Assembly (NCBI GenBank): GCA_964247055.1
Contig: OZ176050.1
Location: 2,790,001-2,854,000, forward strand
Origin: Paragordius varius
Taxonomy: Eukaryota > Animalia > Nematomorpha
Direction of reading: 5' to 3'
Length of the DNA: 64,000 nt
Shown here: piece after piece, positions 1 through 11,617 of the stretch
Layout of the letters: each line of letters begins with the position of its first letter
Numbering within the stretch: position 1 is the stretch's first letter
Made by a program: the position numbers and the translations under genes
The notes under the pieces: generated by a model
What the model was told of the DNA's origin: nothing
Databases searched by the model: none
What the model saw: only the letters and a program-made list of their open reading frames with translations

Positions 1-522
1 CCATTAGGTCGAAAGGTGGTTTAGTTTAAGATGTAACATTGAAAGTTAAAGTTATTTAAAAATTGCAAGTCATAAGACATGCATAATCTAATAAAAAAAC
101 CATTTTATAATAATCATTTGATTAAAACGTTCAAACATCAAATAACTTTGCCAACAATAATTATAATCACTTATGTTCGTGAAAGTAATTTACAATACGT
201 TATATTCAGAATTCATAAAATTGGGTTGATTAAATTTCGTATATATTAAATAATTACTGTAAAAAATTCAAAAAAAAACAATATACATTTTTAACCCTTG
301 ATAATATTTACATAATCTATATGATTATAATTGTTGTTACCAATTTACATCTCTATTTTTAATTTTGCGACCCAAGAAACAGGTTTAATTTAAATGTTTG
401 ATATGGTTGTCTTTTAAAAATGTGCCTGTATGATTTCAATACAAAAGTTCCAATTAATTAATTTATGTTTCCAACATATTTAAATATTTAAAACTGTATG
501 TAAAAATTTGCTTAAATCCTAC

Positions 523-3500
523 TTGCATTCTAGTCTTGACGACATCAATGGGAGTATTACCAAATACTGATGCGGCCCCAGCCACTGCACCGAAAATCCC
601 GGTTGCAATTTTATTTACGGGTTTTGAAGAATCGCCTCCGCGATACCTAAAATCAAAAAAAATATTATTTTTAGAGATTAAACAAAAACGAATTACTCAA
701 AATAAAAAAGTATAAATATGTAATATAATTAATTAATATTTGACAAAAAGGATACGATTTTGTGAGAAGATGCTTTTTTAGATTTAAATTAATGTATTTT
801 TCTTCGGGAAAAAATACCATATTAATTAAAATATGCATAAAATATGTCATATTATCAAAAGTCTAAATACGATAACGTGGTACATATTTGACACAGGTTA
901 CAAAAATCAAACCCGATAAACAATACAAAGGGTCTACGAAAATGATATTAGGGAGAATCAATTATAAAATTTACCGATACCGAAAGGTGAAATCTATAAT
1001 TTAAACAGAACCCTTAAATTCAAACCCAAGGATTGGAATGGGCTCAATCTCAGTCGGCCAAATGATATTTTCAATAAACTTCTACGTTCACCTATAGAGG
1101 TAATAACCAAATTATTCCAAAAAAAATTTAACCTTCTCTCCCTCAAGATGATTAAAATCTATACTTATTGCTATCTCCTAATGATTACAAAGCATACAAC
1201 TATATATCAAACTTTATTAAGTAAATGCATCAATGTCTTTCTTTAAAATTCGTTTAAATCGTATACAAGGTGTAATTAACCCTGAAATAGCCAATAAACA
1301 AGCGGGGAAAAGACGTAGAGATATTATCTGCAACATCCGTTTAATCGAAGAATCAAATCAGAAAAAATGATTTTTTGAAGGCGTTCGACAATATCAGTCA
1401 GATTTTGATCTGGAAAGATAATCAGATGCAAGTTTCGACACACATAAAATAAATCTTACAATGCCACGTTTCCAACTCTGCACGATATATCCGTGCACCA
1501 TAGCTCATAATTTCGGATACAAATGACGAAAGAGTGACGCTTCCAACAATTTTTAACGTGTCTTTAGAAAATATTGTACGAACCATAAACAAGAATTACG
1601 GTTTATTTGACAAGCCCCTTCACCAAGTAAATGATTAATTAATTTGGCTAATAGATCAAAAATACTCTAAAAGGATTTTATATACAAATGCGCAAATTTG
1701 TTTATCCATCAAAGAAAAAAATAATAATATACATTAATCCAATAATTTTACAACATCCATAGGCCAAATGACTGAGGTACTTCTTTAAAACATATGAAGT
1801 CTCGACAACTATTGTATTGTATATGTAGCTTAAGTCGTTGTTTAATTATATCTTTTTTTTGCGCAAGTGAGCGTCAATTTGATTTGTTTTAAGTAAGAAT
1901 TATAAGATTTCGTAATGAAAAATTTGTGTTTTAAGTTGAGTTTTGTGTCCAGAGCATTAAACAACGGCCGAACTTTCTATTTTCTTATACATTATTTGTC
2001 ATTATATGATATTCCGATTTGTGATCTAACGATGTGGCTAAAATACGATGCCTTTGTTTGAAGACATTGACCGGTTAGAGCCATTATAGGTTTTATTTTT
2101 TCAAGAATTACCGAGTTTTAATTGTTTCATCATGTTATATACAATGCTTTCCGCCAACACCAGAGTTTAATGCGATAATCAAACGTTCGCAGCTTTTTTA
2201 TGGTCCAGCTTGCCCTGGCGGGAAAATTAATAAATTTAATCTAATTTTAATTATTAGTTTAGTATCATGGGATTCATATTTAATGATATTTTTCTTATTT
2301 GTTTAACCAATCGCAATTAGTCTCTTGATATCTTAAGTACTAATATTATTGTTGTTGATGAAACTTCCAAGATCGGTTAGTTGTATCATTTGGTTCTAAA
2401 GAGTATTGACAGATATTGAAAGGGTGAATTGATGTGCATGATTTATATTTTTTTGAAATGGAAGGATAAGCCAAATTAGAGCATTCAAATAAATCTTTTA
2501 AATAGTTTAAGCCAGCAGATTTGTATCATCCGTATAGTGGAGGGATGCGATTGTGTGTCCAGCAATTTTATACCATAATTCTCTACATTGAATAGTGCAA
2601 GTGATACAACTGAAGTAATTTTTTCTAAATTTCAATAAGATTAAAAGAGCCGTAAACCACTAAGTGTAGATTTTATAAAGACTTTGTATTATATATAGTA
2701 TGTGAGTGGAATCTCCCATCTGATTACTTAATGCTTTACAGAGCATGACGTAGTTGATCGAACGCCTTCGAACAATTGATAAAGCATAATGGGTCATTTT
2801 TAAATGGTTTTGTTTTCTATTCCAGCGGTTACAAATTATATCCTTACATCCCGGAATTAATAATATTTAAGACACCAAGAGATGAAATGCGATAGGTAAA
2901 AAACAAATATGGCAAAATATCATAAGCTATGGAAGTAGCTATCAAATGAGATTCATAAATTCATTAATTTTCTCTGCAACGTTATATGGAAATGAAAGTT
3001 GGGCCATAGACAAACGTTTAATAACCGCTTTTAATGTATGCTTAAGGCCTTACAAATAACATGGAGTTACAAAATTAAATCCCCTTTGAAAAAATAAAAC
3101 CTAGAACTCTCAGTCAATGTCTCAAAATAAGGTACAATTTAGCCACACTGTTAGGCAGAAATTTTGGAATATCATATAATGACAGGCAAAGTAGAAGGGA
3201 AAGAAGGTTGCTGTAAAATGCACTGGAAGGAGAACCTTACATAATCTCCAAGGTTTATTTAAAAAAACCTTGTATTTCCAACAACAGATTTTCCGCATAT
3301 TTACCTATGAAAAAACTATAGACTGACAAAGATTTTAGCCACAATCATTTATTATCAGCCCCGTAACACATAAGCTTTTTGAGAAAAGTTAAACGTTGAA
3401 GGGAATAAATATCGATGGAATTTTTATAAAGGCAGAAAATTTTTCTACAAGCCGTAATCAATCCATTTTCGCTACATTTCATAAAAATGAATTTTATCCC

Positions 3501-4758
3501 AAAAAAGCAAACAAATATAAGTAGTGTGTTCTTTGTAAATTAAGTTTACGGATAATTGTTTAAAAAGATCGAGTTAAAATTATAACGACATAAAAAAGAT
3601 ACTTTGGCACTAAACTTCCAATTAAATAGTCATTTTTATAAAATTTATAATAAAGAACTAGAAAATAAAATTTAAACATAACAAAAAAAATTCTTTTTCG
3701 TTCGTACAAATGGACTAAATGTAGGAAATCAGATATAAAGTGTTTAAATCACATTAAAATTTTTTGGCATTTATTTAAAAAATAAAGTTAAAAATGCTTT
3801 AGATTACATTGGATTTTGTTTAAGATAACCTACCTTTTTTGAAGCCAAAAAATGTGGTATTTAAACGTTAATTGCCCATACAATATGTAAAAAGAAGAAA
3901 ATATTGAAATTCAAGTCCTTTAGTATGCTATTTTATTTAGCCAAAGGGTAAAATATTACAAAAATTTGCATATTGTTAGATATGTTACTATTTAAATTTT
4001 CTACATACAAATCCACATATATTAGTAAAAGATATTTAAATAAAAGGATACCAATCTTTAAGGGTTTCTACGACAAAAAATCGAATCGCTTGATTACTAC
4101 CCTGTTTGAGAATGGTGGCTGTAAGTCCCTGATATATTCCGCTGATTCCTTAAAAAAATATTTTGATTAAACAACTAAGTTTTATGAATGTTAATAGAGT
4201 AAATGTTGGTTAGAGTAAAAACCTTCGGCTTTTATAATTTGCCCGACACCATGGAAAAATCCTTTAAACTTTGGCCCACCCGGGTTTTGGATATCATCAA
4301 TAAATTTGACTTTAACCGTTTCCATAGGTGTGACGGCTAATATAGCCTCACTTACACCTGCTCCCAAACCACAAAAAAGTCGATTTCCTGGGGTTAAGTT
4401 ACCTGTTATTGGATCTTTAAACCGGTTTTTAAGTGCTTCAAAGGATCCAAATCTATAAATATTAAGTTAGACATACCTTACAGCAGATTTGGGTATTGAT
4501 CCATACAAAAGTACACTTAAACCCCTATAAAGCCCAAAAACACCATGCCCTTTAACAGTTTTTTGCACACAATCAACGATACCAGTGTAGCGTGGTTTAA
4601 GTGCTTTCTCGTCCAATTGTAATTGGGTTTTTACGTATTCGGTAGGAAAGGTTATGCATATTTCAATACCTCCAGTCAGCCCACCTAAAAATATATTGTA
4701 AAGAACCAGCAACAATTCCTTTAACCGTTTTTTGTGATGGAAGAAGATCTTTCGTCAT
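523..4758 (-). CDS. SLC25A1: Mitochondrial citrate (tricarboxylate) carrier, 5' part. Exons 4758-4707, 4684-4477, 4452-4223, 4148-4052, 646-523; remaining exons lie beyond the left window edge
   Basis: Spliced translation gives [51 protein letters not shown] and [18 protein letters not shown], all citrate-carrier signatures. Introns are GT-AG, 22, 24, 74 and 3405 nt, with consistent phases. Confidence 0.95.
1950..3000 (-). mobile_element. Heavily decayed RTE-clade LINE remnant inside SLC25A1 intron 4
   Basis: Minus-strand fragments [15 protein letters not shown] (RT FIDxxKAFD motif, about 2750-2790) and [19 protein letters not shown] (YADD motif, about 2510-2570), plus a degenerate WT...WCWRK stretch near 2150-2220. 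Many stops and frameshifts; boundaries approximate. Confidence 0.7.
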
Positions 4759-5661
4759 AACCACGATAATTTAAACAACACACGCGATTAACATATGCTT
4801 TTGCGAACCAAATTTATACATGTGTTTAGAAAAAATATGTGCATAAATGTGGGCTTTGGAATTTTATGCTAATCGGTTTGACCCTCAGTTTTACTCCATT
4901 TTATTAGGATTATAATCTTAGAACGGGGATAAATTTAGGAAAATGTTTGATTGATTCACAGTGTCGAAGGTGATTCAGCCTCATGTTTGGTTTGTCCATT
5001 ACGGTATGTTATAACATTTACAATTCATTCACTTTTGAACAACTCAAATTCCTTCAAACAATTTAAATTCACCCTAAAATATATAATGTGTTTTCGGGCT
5101 AATATAACTCATCATTCATATGCACATTTTTATGGATTTATTATTGTTTCAGCATTATATTAATTTTAAACAGAATTTCTTATTTTAAAATTATTAAAAA
5201 AATAAAAGTATCTTTTATTATTAAAAATGCATAATTTATTTAAGTGTGAATTTGAAGTAAATGGTATATATTGAGGTTTTATTAACAAAAATTTTGGAGG
5301 CAATTTTCGCAATAAATTTAGGCTTATGCGAACTCAAATTGGACTTTGATCCTATAAAATAAGCGTGGGCTCTTCAGATGGGTTATACCTGTGGGAAAAC
5401 GGGGTTTATGGCAGGAAAATACCTTAATAATATCCGGAAAACTCTTAGGTTGATTTGAATGAAGAGTAGTAATATTTAAATACGACAATGGTGATTGAAC
5501 TTTTTCTGAATTTTGTCTTAAGGCTACTTATAATACGGCTTTCAAATATATAATTTTTTTGTGAAAAACATGCAAGACGGCTAAATGTTATTAGACTGAG
5601 CAATTAGACCGTTTCCGTTTTTTTATAGATCTTACAACTGACTTTAATGCATTTCTATTAT

Positions 5662-6037
5662 CACTTCATAACCCTTTTTTGCCCGTTGATATATTAATAT
5701 TTGATTATAAAATATTGTTCTCCTGTATTCTAGAGAAGTTTATATTTTTTACAGTTTTGCTAGATACTAAAATTAGGACAGCCCCAAAACATGAAAATTA
5801 CCATTTGATAAATATTAAGTTTTTGCTGTTAAAATTGTATCCAAAGGATAATTTGCATTTTCTAACCATATAAATTTATTATCGCGAAAAGATTTGAGAT
5901 TTGACATTTTTAAAAAAAAATGGAAACATGTCAAGCTAAAGAACGCATATATATAAATTCGGCCCCATACCTTAAAATTTTTTTAGATTTAAATTTTGAA
6001 TCTGGGATGCAAAACTTCTTTAAAAAGTCATGAAGTG
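5662..6037. mobile_element. Non-autonomous TIR element, piggyBac-like
   Basis: Imperfect terminal inverted repeats CACTTCATAACCC / AAGTCATGAAGTG, flanked by TTAT on the left and TTAA on the right. The same terminus recurs at 15113-15126 and, degenerate, at 10768 after a TTAA. Confidence 0.55.
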
Positions 6038-6808
6038 TTAAAAGACCTATTTAAGAAAATATTAGTAGAAATAGCCGAGAATAGCGGAGTCATATTATAA
6101 TTCGACCCATAATACTTGATCACGGTATATGGAGTTGAAATTGGATTCATAATTTCCTGAAAGATTGTAGGCACACATAATTGTGGTGTTTATTCATTTA
6201 ATTTCCACTTATTTGCTTTTTTTCTAATCAGCCGTCAAATATTTTTAAAATATTATAAGTCTTTTTAGGAAAAAGGCCGCAAAAGTAAAATTGAAATATA
6301 CAGATGCACAAATTCGATGGGTGTAAAAAAATCTTGATGAAATATTTGCAGATAAATTCACAATGCCGCTATTTAGGAGTTTTTTGAGCAAAAGATGCTG
6401 ACAAAATCAAATCAAAAATTAATGTTATCATCTTCCTACGCGAGCTCACATAAATACATTGAAGAATACTTGTATTTACTTACTTAATAAATGAAGTTCT
6501 CTAGCTAAAATTAGAATATATATCAAAAACTCCGGGATAAGTTTTTGGCTAACTGATATTATCATTATTAGCAAGCCGGCGAGAATTTTCTCATGATATA
6601 CCCTCCTACTCCTTTTCAAAAATAAATTTGGTAACAAATATTTTAAGGTGTAACCTTATTATATAATTGATTAAAAATTTGAAAATATATTTTAAAAGCA
6701 AAGTTAAGAATTGGTTTTGATTACATCTGATTGGATTGTAATGTTAATAGGGTCAATTAGGTGCACAATTTCATATTAAATCCACCTGATACATAAGCGT
6801 GCTCGCAG

Positions 6809-7893
6809 ATGGATGAAATAAGGATCCATATAAAAAGTTAACATTTATTTCATTAAAATATATAGATATTCTACAAAACGGTGACTTAAATGATTTATCA
6901 GCCAAAAAAGTTCGTAAACAATTGGAGAAAATATATGAAAAGGATTTGACGGAACAGTATTTTTGTCCATTAAATGTTTAATAGAAAGCGTGAAATCGAT
7001 GCAATTATAATGGAAGAATTAGTATCTATGGGTGTTGGTGACGGAGAACTTAATGATAACTCAACTGTAATATTTTTTATCTATCAATTTTTTTAATAAA
7101 TATTTATTAGGCTCAATCATCTCATGCGAACGGATCTACCGCTTTAGAAGTTGATCCTATAAATAACAATAGCGTAATCTTTATTTATATATAATAATTT
7201 TACCAAGATAGAACAATCAATTTAACATTATATTTTATAAATTATAAATAATTATCACTTTTTACAATTCGATACTTTTCTTATTAAAAATCTTATGAAT
7301 TTTACCTTGATATATTTTTATATTTTAATAGTCATTTGAAGACGATCAAATTATTGATGACGAAACATTTGCGCGACAAGTTCAAGAGGAAGAAAATCTT
7401 TCGTGTTTAAGAACTCGTAATGCAAATAAAAAACAAGTTTTTACTTTAAATAACGTTTTTAATCAAAAATAAAATATTTTGGTGTTGTAATAGTGATATT
7501 TAATAATATTAAATAGTTTAAACAAAAACGCACAACCAATCAAAAATCAAACACATCCACCCAAAAAAGTATTGGTTCTTTTGCATTAATATCCTCTATA
7601 GAAACTAGTGTTTATTCCAGACCATGTCAACTATCTGAACCGTTAGCTGAACTCATGGGCTCTAATTTTGTAATTTTTACTACATTTTTTATTATTTAAC
7701 TTTTTTGAATTGGTTCATATATGTACCTTTATATAGATGCCACGCAAAGATGTAGTTAAAAGAATGTGGGAAATTATTAAAGAAAGAAATTTACAAGTTA
7801 ATTTTATGGGTTTATTTGAATATTAGGACCCCAAAAACAAACAATTTGCCATATGTGATGATCAACTATTCAAAATATTTAGTATCCTTTTTT

Positions 7894-7941
<48 letters not shown>

Positions 7942-8336
7942 ATATTTACCTAATGAATTTCTATTTTTTGACCTAACTATCATGACATAACACTTTAGTT
8001 ACCAATTTAAACGGCTATTATTAAGCTTTAAATACAATTATAAGTGTTTTTTTTTTAGTTGATTTAAAGTTAAATCTATTTTGTAAAAATTATGTATTGA
8101 TTTGTTAAATTATATTATATTTGATATTCTTTACAAAAAGTTATGCCGTGATTATTAGTATTATGTTGAAAATTGTAAATACATCATTGGGTTATTTTGC
8201 ACCATCTAACATATTTTGTTTTTAAAAAGTTTATTTTACTCTTTACATTATTTTTTGGCATTTAGAAAAGAGGAAAATTAAACCGTTTGGAATGATGAAA
8301 TATTTGTCCGAGCATATGATAGATGTTAAGAATTAA
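6809..8336 (+). CDS. DEK-C plus SWIB/MDM2 domain protein (UAF30/spp27-like), about 224 aa. Exons 6809-6836, 6866-6956, 6985-7066, 7111-7173, 7332-7436, 7517-7568, 7602-7669, 7737-7796, 7827-7881, 8266-8336
   Basis: N-terminal IKNILQNGDLNDLSAKKVRKQLEKIYEKDLTEQKREID (DEK-C) and C-terminal LSEPLAELMG..MPRKDVVKRMWEIIKERNLQDPKNKQFAICDDQLFKIF..PFGMMKYLSEH (SWIB). Phases are consistent across nine introns. Confidence 0.9.
7898..7938. repeat. (TA)n microsatellite; further (TA)n tracts at about 8378-8405 and 57000-57025
   Basis: Directly visible. Confidence 0.95.
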
Positions 8337-8371
8337 TCTGTTTTCAATCACCTCTATATTCAATCAATAAT

Positions 8372-8408
<37 letters not shown>

Positions 8409-8801
8409 TACATAGTAAATAATAAAATTTGTTACGTAAATTTTATTTATATTTATAAAAACAATGTATTGGTTTATAGGTTAATTTTTTCAGTCACTCT
8501 TTAAAAACATTTAAATCTAGCCTATTAAAGACTTATAGATATCATATAGAACCTGTAAAAAAATATTTTCGGCACACAAATTTAATACATTTATGGATGT
8601 TTTCTATTAACATTTATTGGTCAGTTTGGTCTATATGCTTAAAACTAGAAATTAAAAATATCGTAATTACAATGTTTTAAGCTTTCCAATCTATAATATT
8701 TTATGGTGAAGCAAGTTAATTAAAAATTTGTTCATATCCATATAAAAAATATTCTCTAATTGAAAATTTTCTGCATATGCGAAAATTCAAGAAGTTGCAA
8801 T

Positions 8802-9490
8802 TAGGGTTGTGCTGACCAAGTCATGACCCGGTCAATTGACCGGGTGACCAGGTCAGTGACTATTTATTTTTTGACCATGGTCATTGAAAGAAACAGCTGT
8901 TTTTTGAAAAAATGCTAGTAATTATTTTTTGGAAGAGAAATAATAAGATTTTATTGTTTTTTTATATATATTTTTTTAAAAATAAAAATTAAATATTTAA
9001 ATATGCTTATTTAACAATTATTAATAATTTATAAACATGCATCCTAAAAACATAAGCATTTAAGCATATCCAGTTATTTCTAAAAACAAAACAATCAAGC
9101 ACTTTGCAAATGCAATTTTTCCATATATGTGAACCAATAAAACATAATATAATTGGATATTTTAATGATGAAAGAAAGTGTAAAAACTAGGTAAAATTTT
9201 ATTTATAATATCCAGTATAAGCTACGTATTTGAAGATTCAAAAGGCCCTAAACATGTGGCAAAATTTATCAACAATTTCTTGGTTAAATTCGATTGAAGA
9301 TTTGTAAATAATAATTATCAAAAAAATGTATAAAACAAACTTTCCAGAAAAAACATGACATTATTAGTGAAACGTAATGTATTCGAACATTATTTCGACA
9401 ATCCAATATCGCATGATACTAATTTTAAATAAAAAGTGGTCTGACTGGGTCTGACCGGACTTTTTTGATAAAGTAGTCAAAACAACCCTA
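8802..9490. mobile_element. Non-autonomous hAT element, 689 bp
   Basis: TIR TAGGGTTGT(GC/TT)TGAC at both ends and a perfect 8-bp TSD GTTGCAAT (8794-8801, 9491-9498). An 8-bp TSD with TAGGG ends is typical of hAT. Confidence 0.9.
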
Positions 9491-10149
9491 GTTGCAATAT
9501 ATGAACGATTTTATTAATATCACAAAAAATTCTCCACAACTATACCTAATTGAATGTGATAATTTAAGCCTATAAGAAAGTCAACTCAAGTGTTTATATC
9601 CTCAAATTATAACTTTCGCAAGCTTGCGTCAGATTTAACTTTTTTTATAACCCCATACTTTAATTTCTTCACAGCTGCGCACCTTTTCTATATAGGATTT
9701 TAATTAAATATTTGTTACTTTAAAATAAAATATCTAATAATATATTCATCAATTTTGCGACAAATAATAATCAACATCCTTTTAAATTCAATTTATTATG
9801 TCACAGTGTGATTGAAAAATTAATTTTTATTTTATGAACCCAATTAAAAAATCAATGAGTGATTGGAAACGCGAGATTAGATTATTTTCGATACAAATAT
9901 GGAATGATTTATAAGAAATATATATTCACAATTGCAGTGTACCAGATTTCGTAAAACAGCTTTTCACGGGATCACTAATTTTAATCCCTAACTAACCGTT
10001 TAATATGGTTTTAATCCACAATGTCATAATATAAATAATCCAATAATTATATTTATTTCATTTTAACAACCTTTACAAAAAACAAATTTTACGATATAAA
10101 TGTAAGGCCTTTGATAGCCATTTGCTAAACTAATAAAAGTGATGACTTA

Positions 10150-11280
10150 ACCATCATTTACATTGATATATATATTTTGTGAATGGTTTCATGAGAGTTA
10201 TTAAAATAATATCACTAGTTATTGTCAAATAATTTATATTCTTTGTACCTTGGTATATGGTTAAGTGACTTAATTAATGACATTGTTTTAAAATTCTGTA
10301 ATTATGATATTTAATTGATAATCGACCTGCTACCAATGCACTTGACCACCATTCTCAGCGCAAGGAGTGAAATTAAATGGTAGATTAGAAATGAAATGCA
10401 TGTTGTAATTAAAACATTATTAAGTGTATTATTAAATTTAACGATTTCGTACTGTAACTGTGTTGATTATCATCACTGTTTTGTTTAAGTAAAAACTCAA
10501 CTTTAACCCGATACTCTAAATCATCAATATCGGTACAAGGAGTAAAATTGGTTGATGAAAGATGAATGCATGTTATAACTCTAACTTTTTAGAGATATTA
10601 TCAAATTTAGTGGATTTGAACTGTAATTGGGTTGATTATTATTACTGTTTTGTTAAGGAATAATTCGATTTTCTACCAATACTTATGACCACCATCAATT
10701 TTTCGGTACAAGAAGTGATGAGTAATTGATTAATGATGAATGCATAAGTTAACTGTGACTTTATTAATAATCCATGACCTTATGAGGTAACCAGAGCATT
10801 TGAAATTTTAAAAAATGTATTTAAGGTATCAAATGATTTCTGCAGCCATCTAGGCGTATTATACATTTTTTTTAAAAAATATAATGTTGGGCAACCCCAC
10901 ATATCTATTGCAACAAACAAAAAATGTATATTATGGTTGGAATATGTAATAAAAGCTTTGATTACATTTAACAAAAACTTTATATACTTCTATTCAACTG
11001 TTTGCATCAATCGGGTTTCAATGTCCCAATTTTAAACACTAAAAGCCATAAAAAAGTTAAAAATCAGTAGTTTATTTACAAATTTGAGCTCTGGGATAAA
11101 AACTACCCTAATATCAATTAAGACAAAAAAATAAAAAGGAGAAGTGTTAAGGAATATTTTAAAATTATTAACAGTATTAAATGTCATTATTACTGTTTTG
11201 TTAAGAAAGAAATTGCCTTTTTACTGGTACTCTTGACAACAACAATTTCTCCGTACAATGAGCGAAATTGATGATTGATT
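10150..11280 (-). repeat. Degenerate tandem copies of the ~170-bp unit that forms the satellite at 60.4-64 kb (reverse orientation), interrupted at about 10768-11120 by a piggyBac-like element
   Basis: For example 10530-10700 GGAGTAAAATTGGTTGATGAAAGATGA...GAGATATTATCAAATTTAGTGGATTTGAACTGTAATTGGGTTGATTATTATTACTG...CCAATACT matches the reverse complement of the satellite unit, GGAGTGAGTATGGTTGATTAAAGATGA...GAGATATTATCAACTATAGCGGTTTTGTACTGTAATTGAGTGATAATCATTGCTG...CCAATACT. Confidence 0.75.
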
Positions 11281-11617
11281 AATACCTTAATTTTGGTCGC
11301 GCTGACATTTTGGGGTTTTAAACATAGCCCATTCTTGTAACTACTTGAAAGTTATTTTAGTAAAAATTAAATTATCAACATTGTTCTCCTGTTTAATAGA
11401 GCTTATTTTTACACTTTTGTAACTTCTGAAGTTAGGACAGACAATATTAAAATAAACAGCTTATTTTAAAATCAAAAAAAAATTTTGGTAAAATGTTACC
11501 TAAAACTTTATTAGGGTTAATGATTTACTTCTAACCATAATATAAAATAATGGGGGCGAAAAAGATTAAGATGAGGACTTTTTTACAATTTTGCAATTTT
11601 CAAATATGAAGCATGCG

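Noticed and set aside
6790-6811. AG immediately before the SWIB-gene ATG, suggesting spliced-leader trans-splicing
   Set aside because: Not seen at the other start codons and no pyrimidine tract; unsupported.
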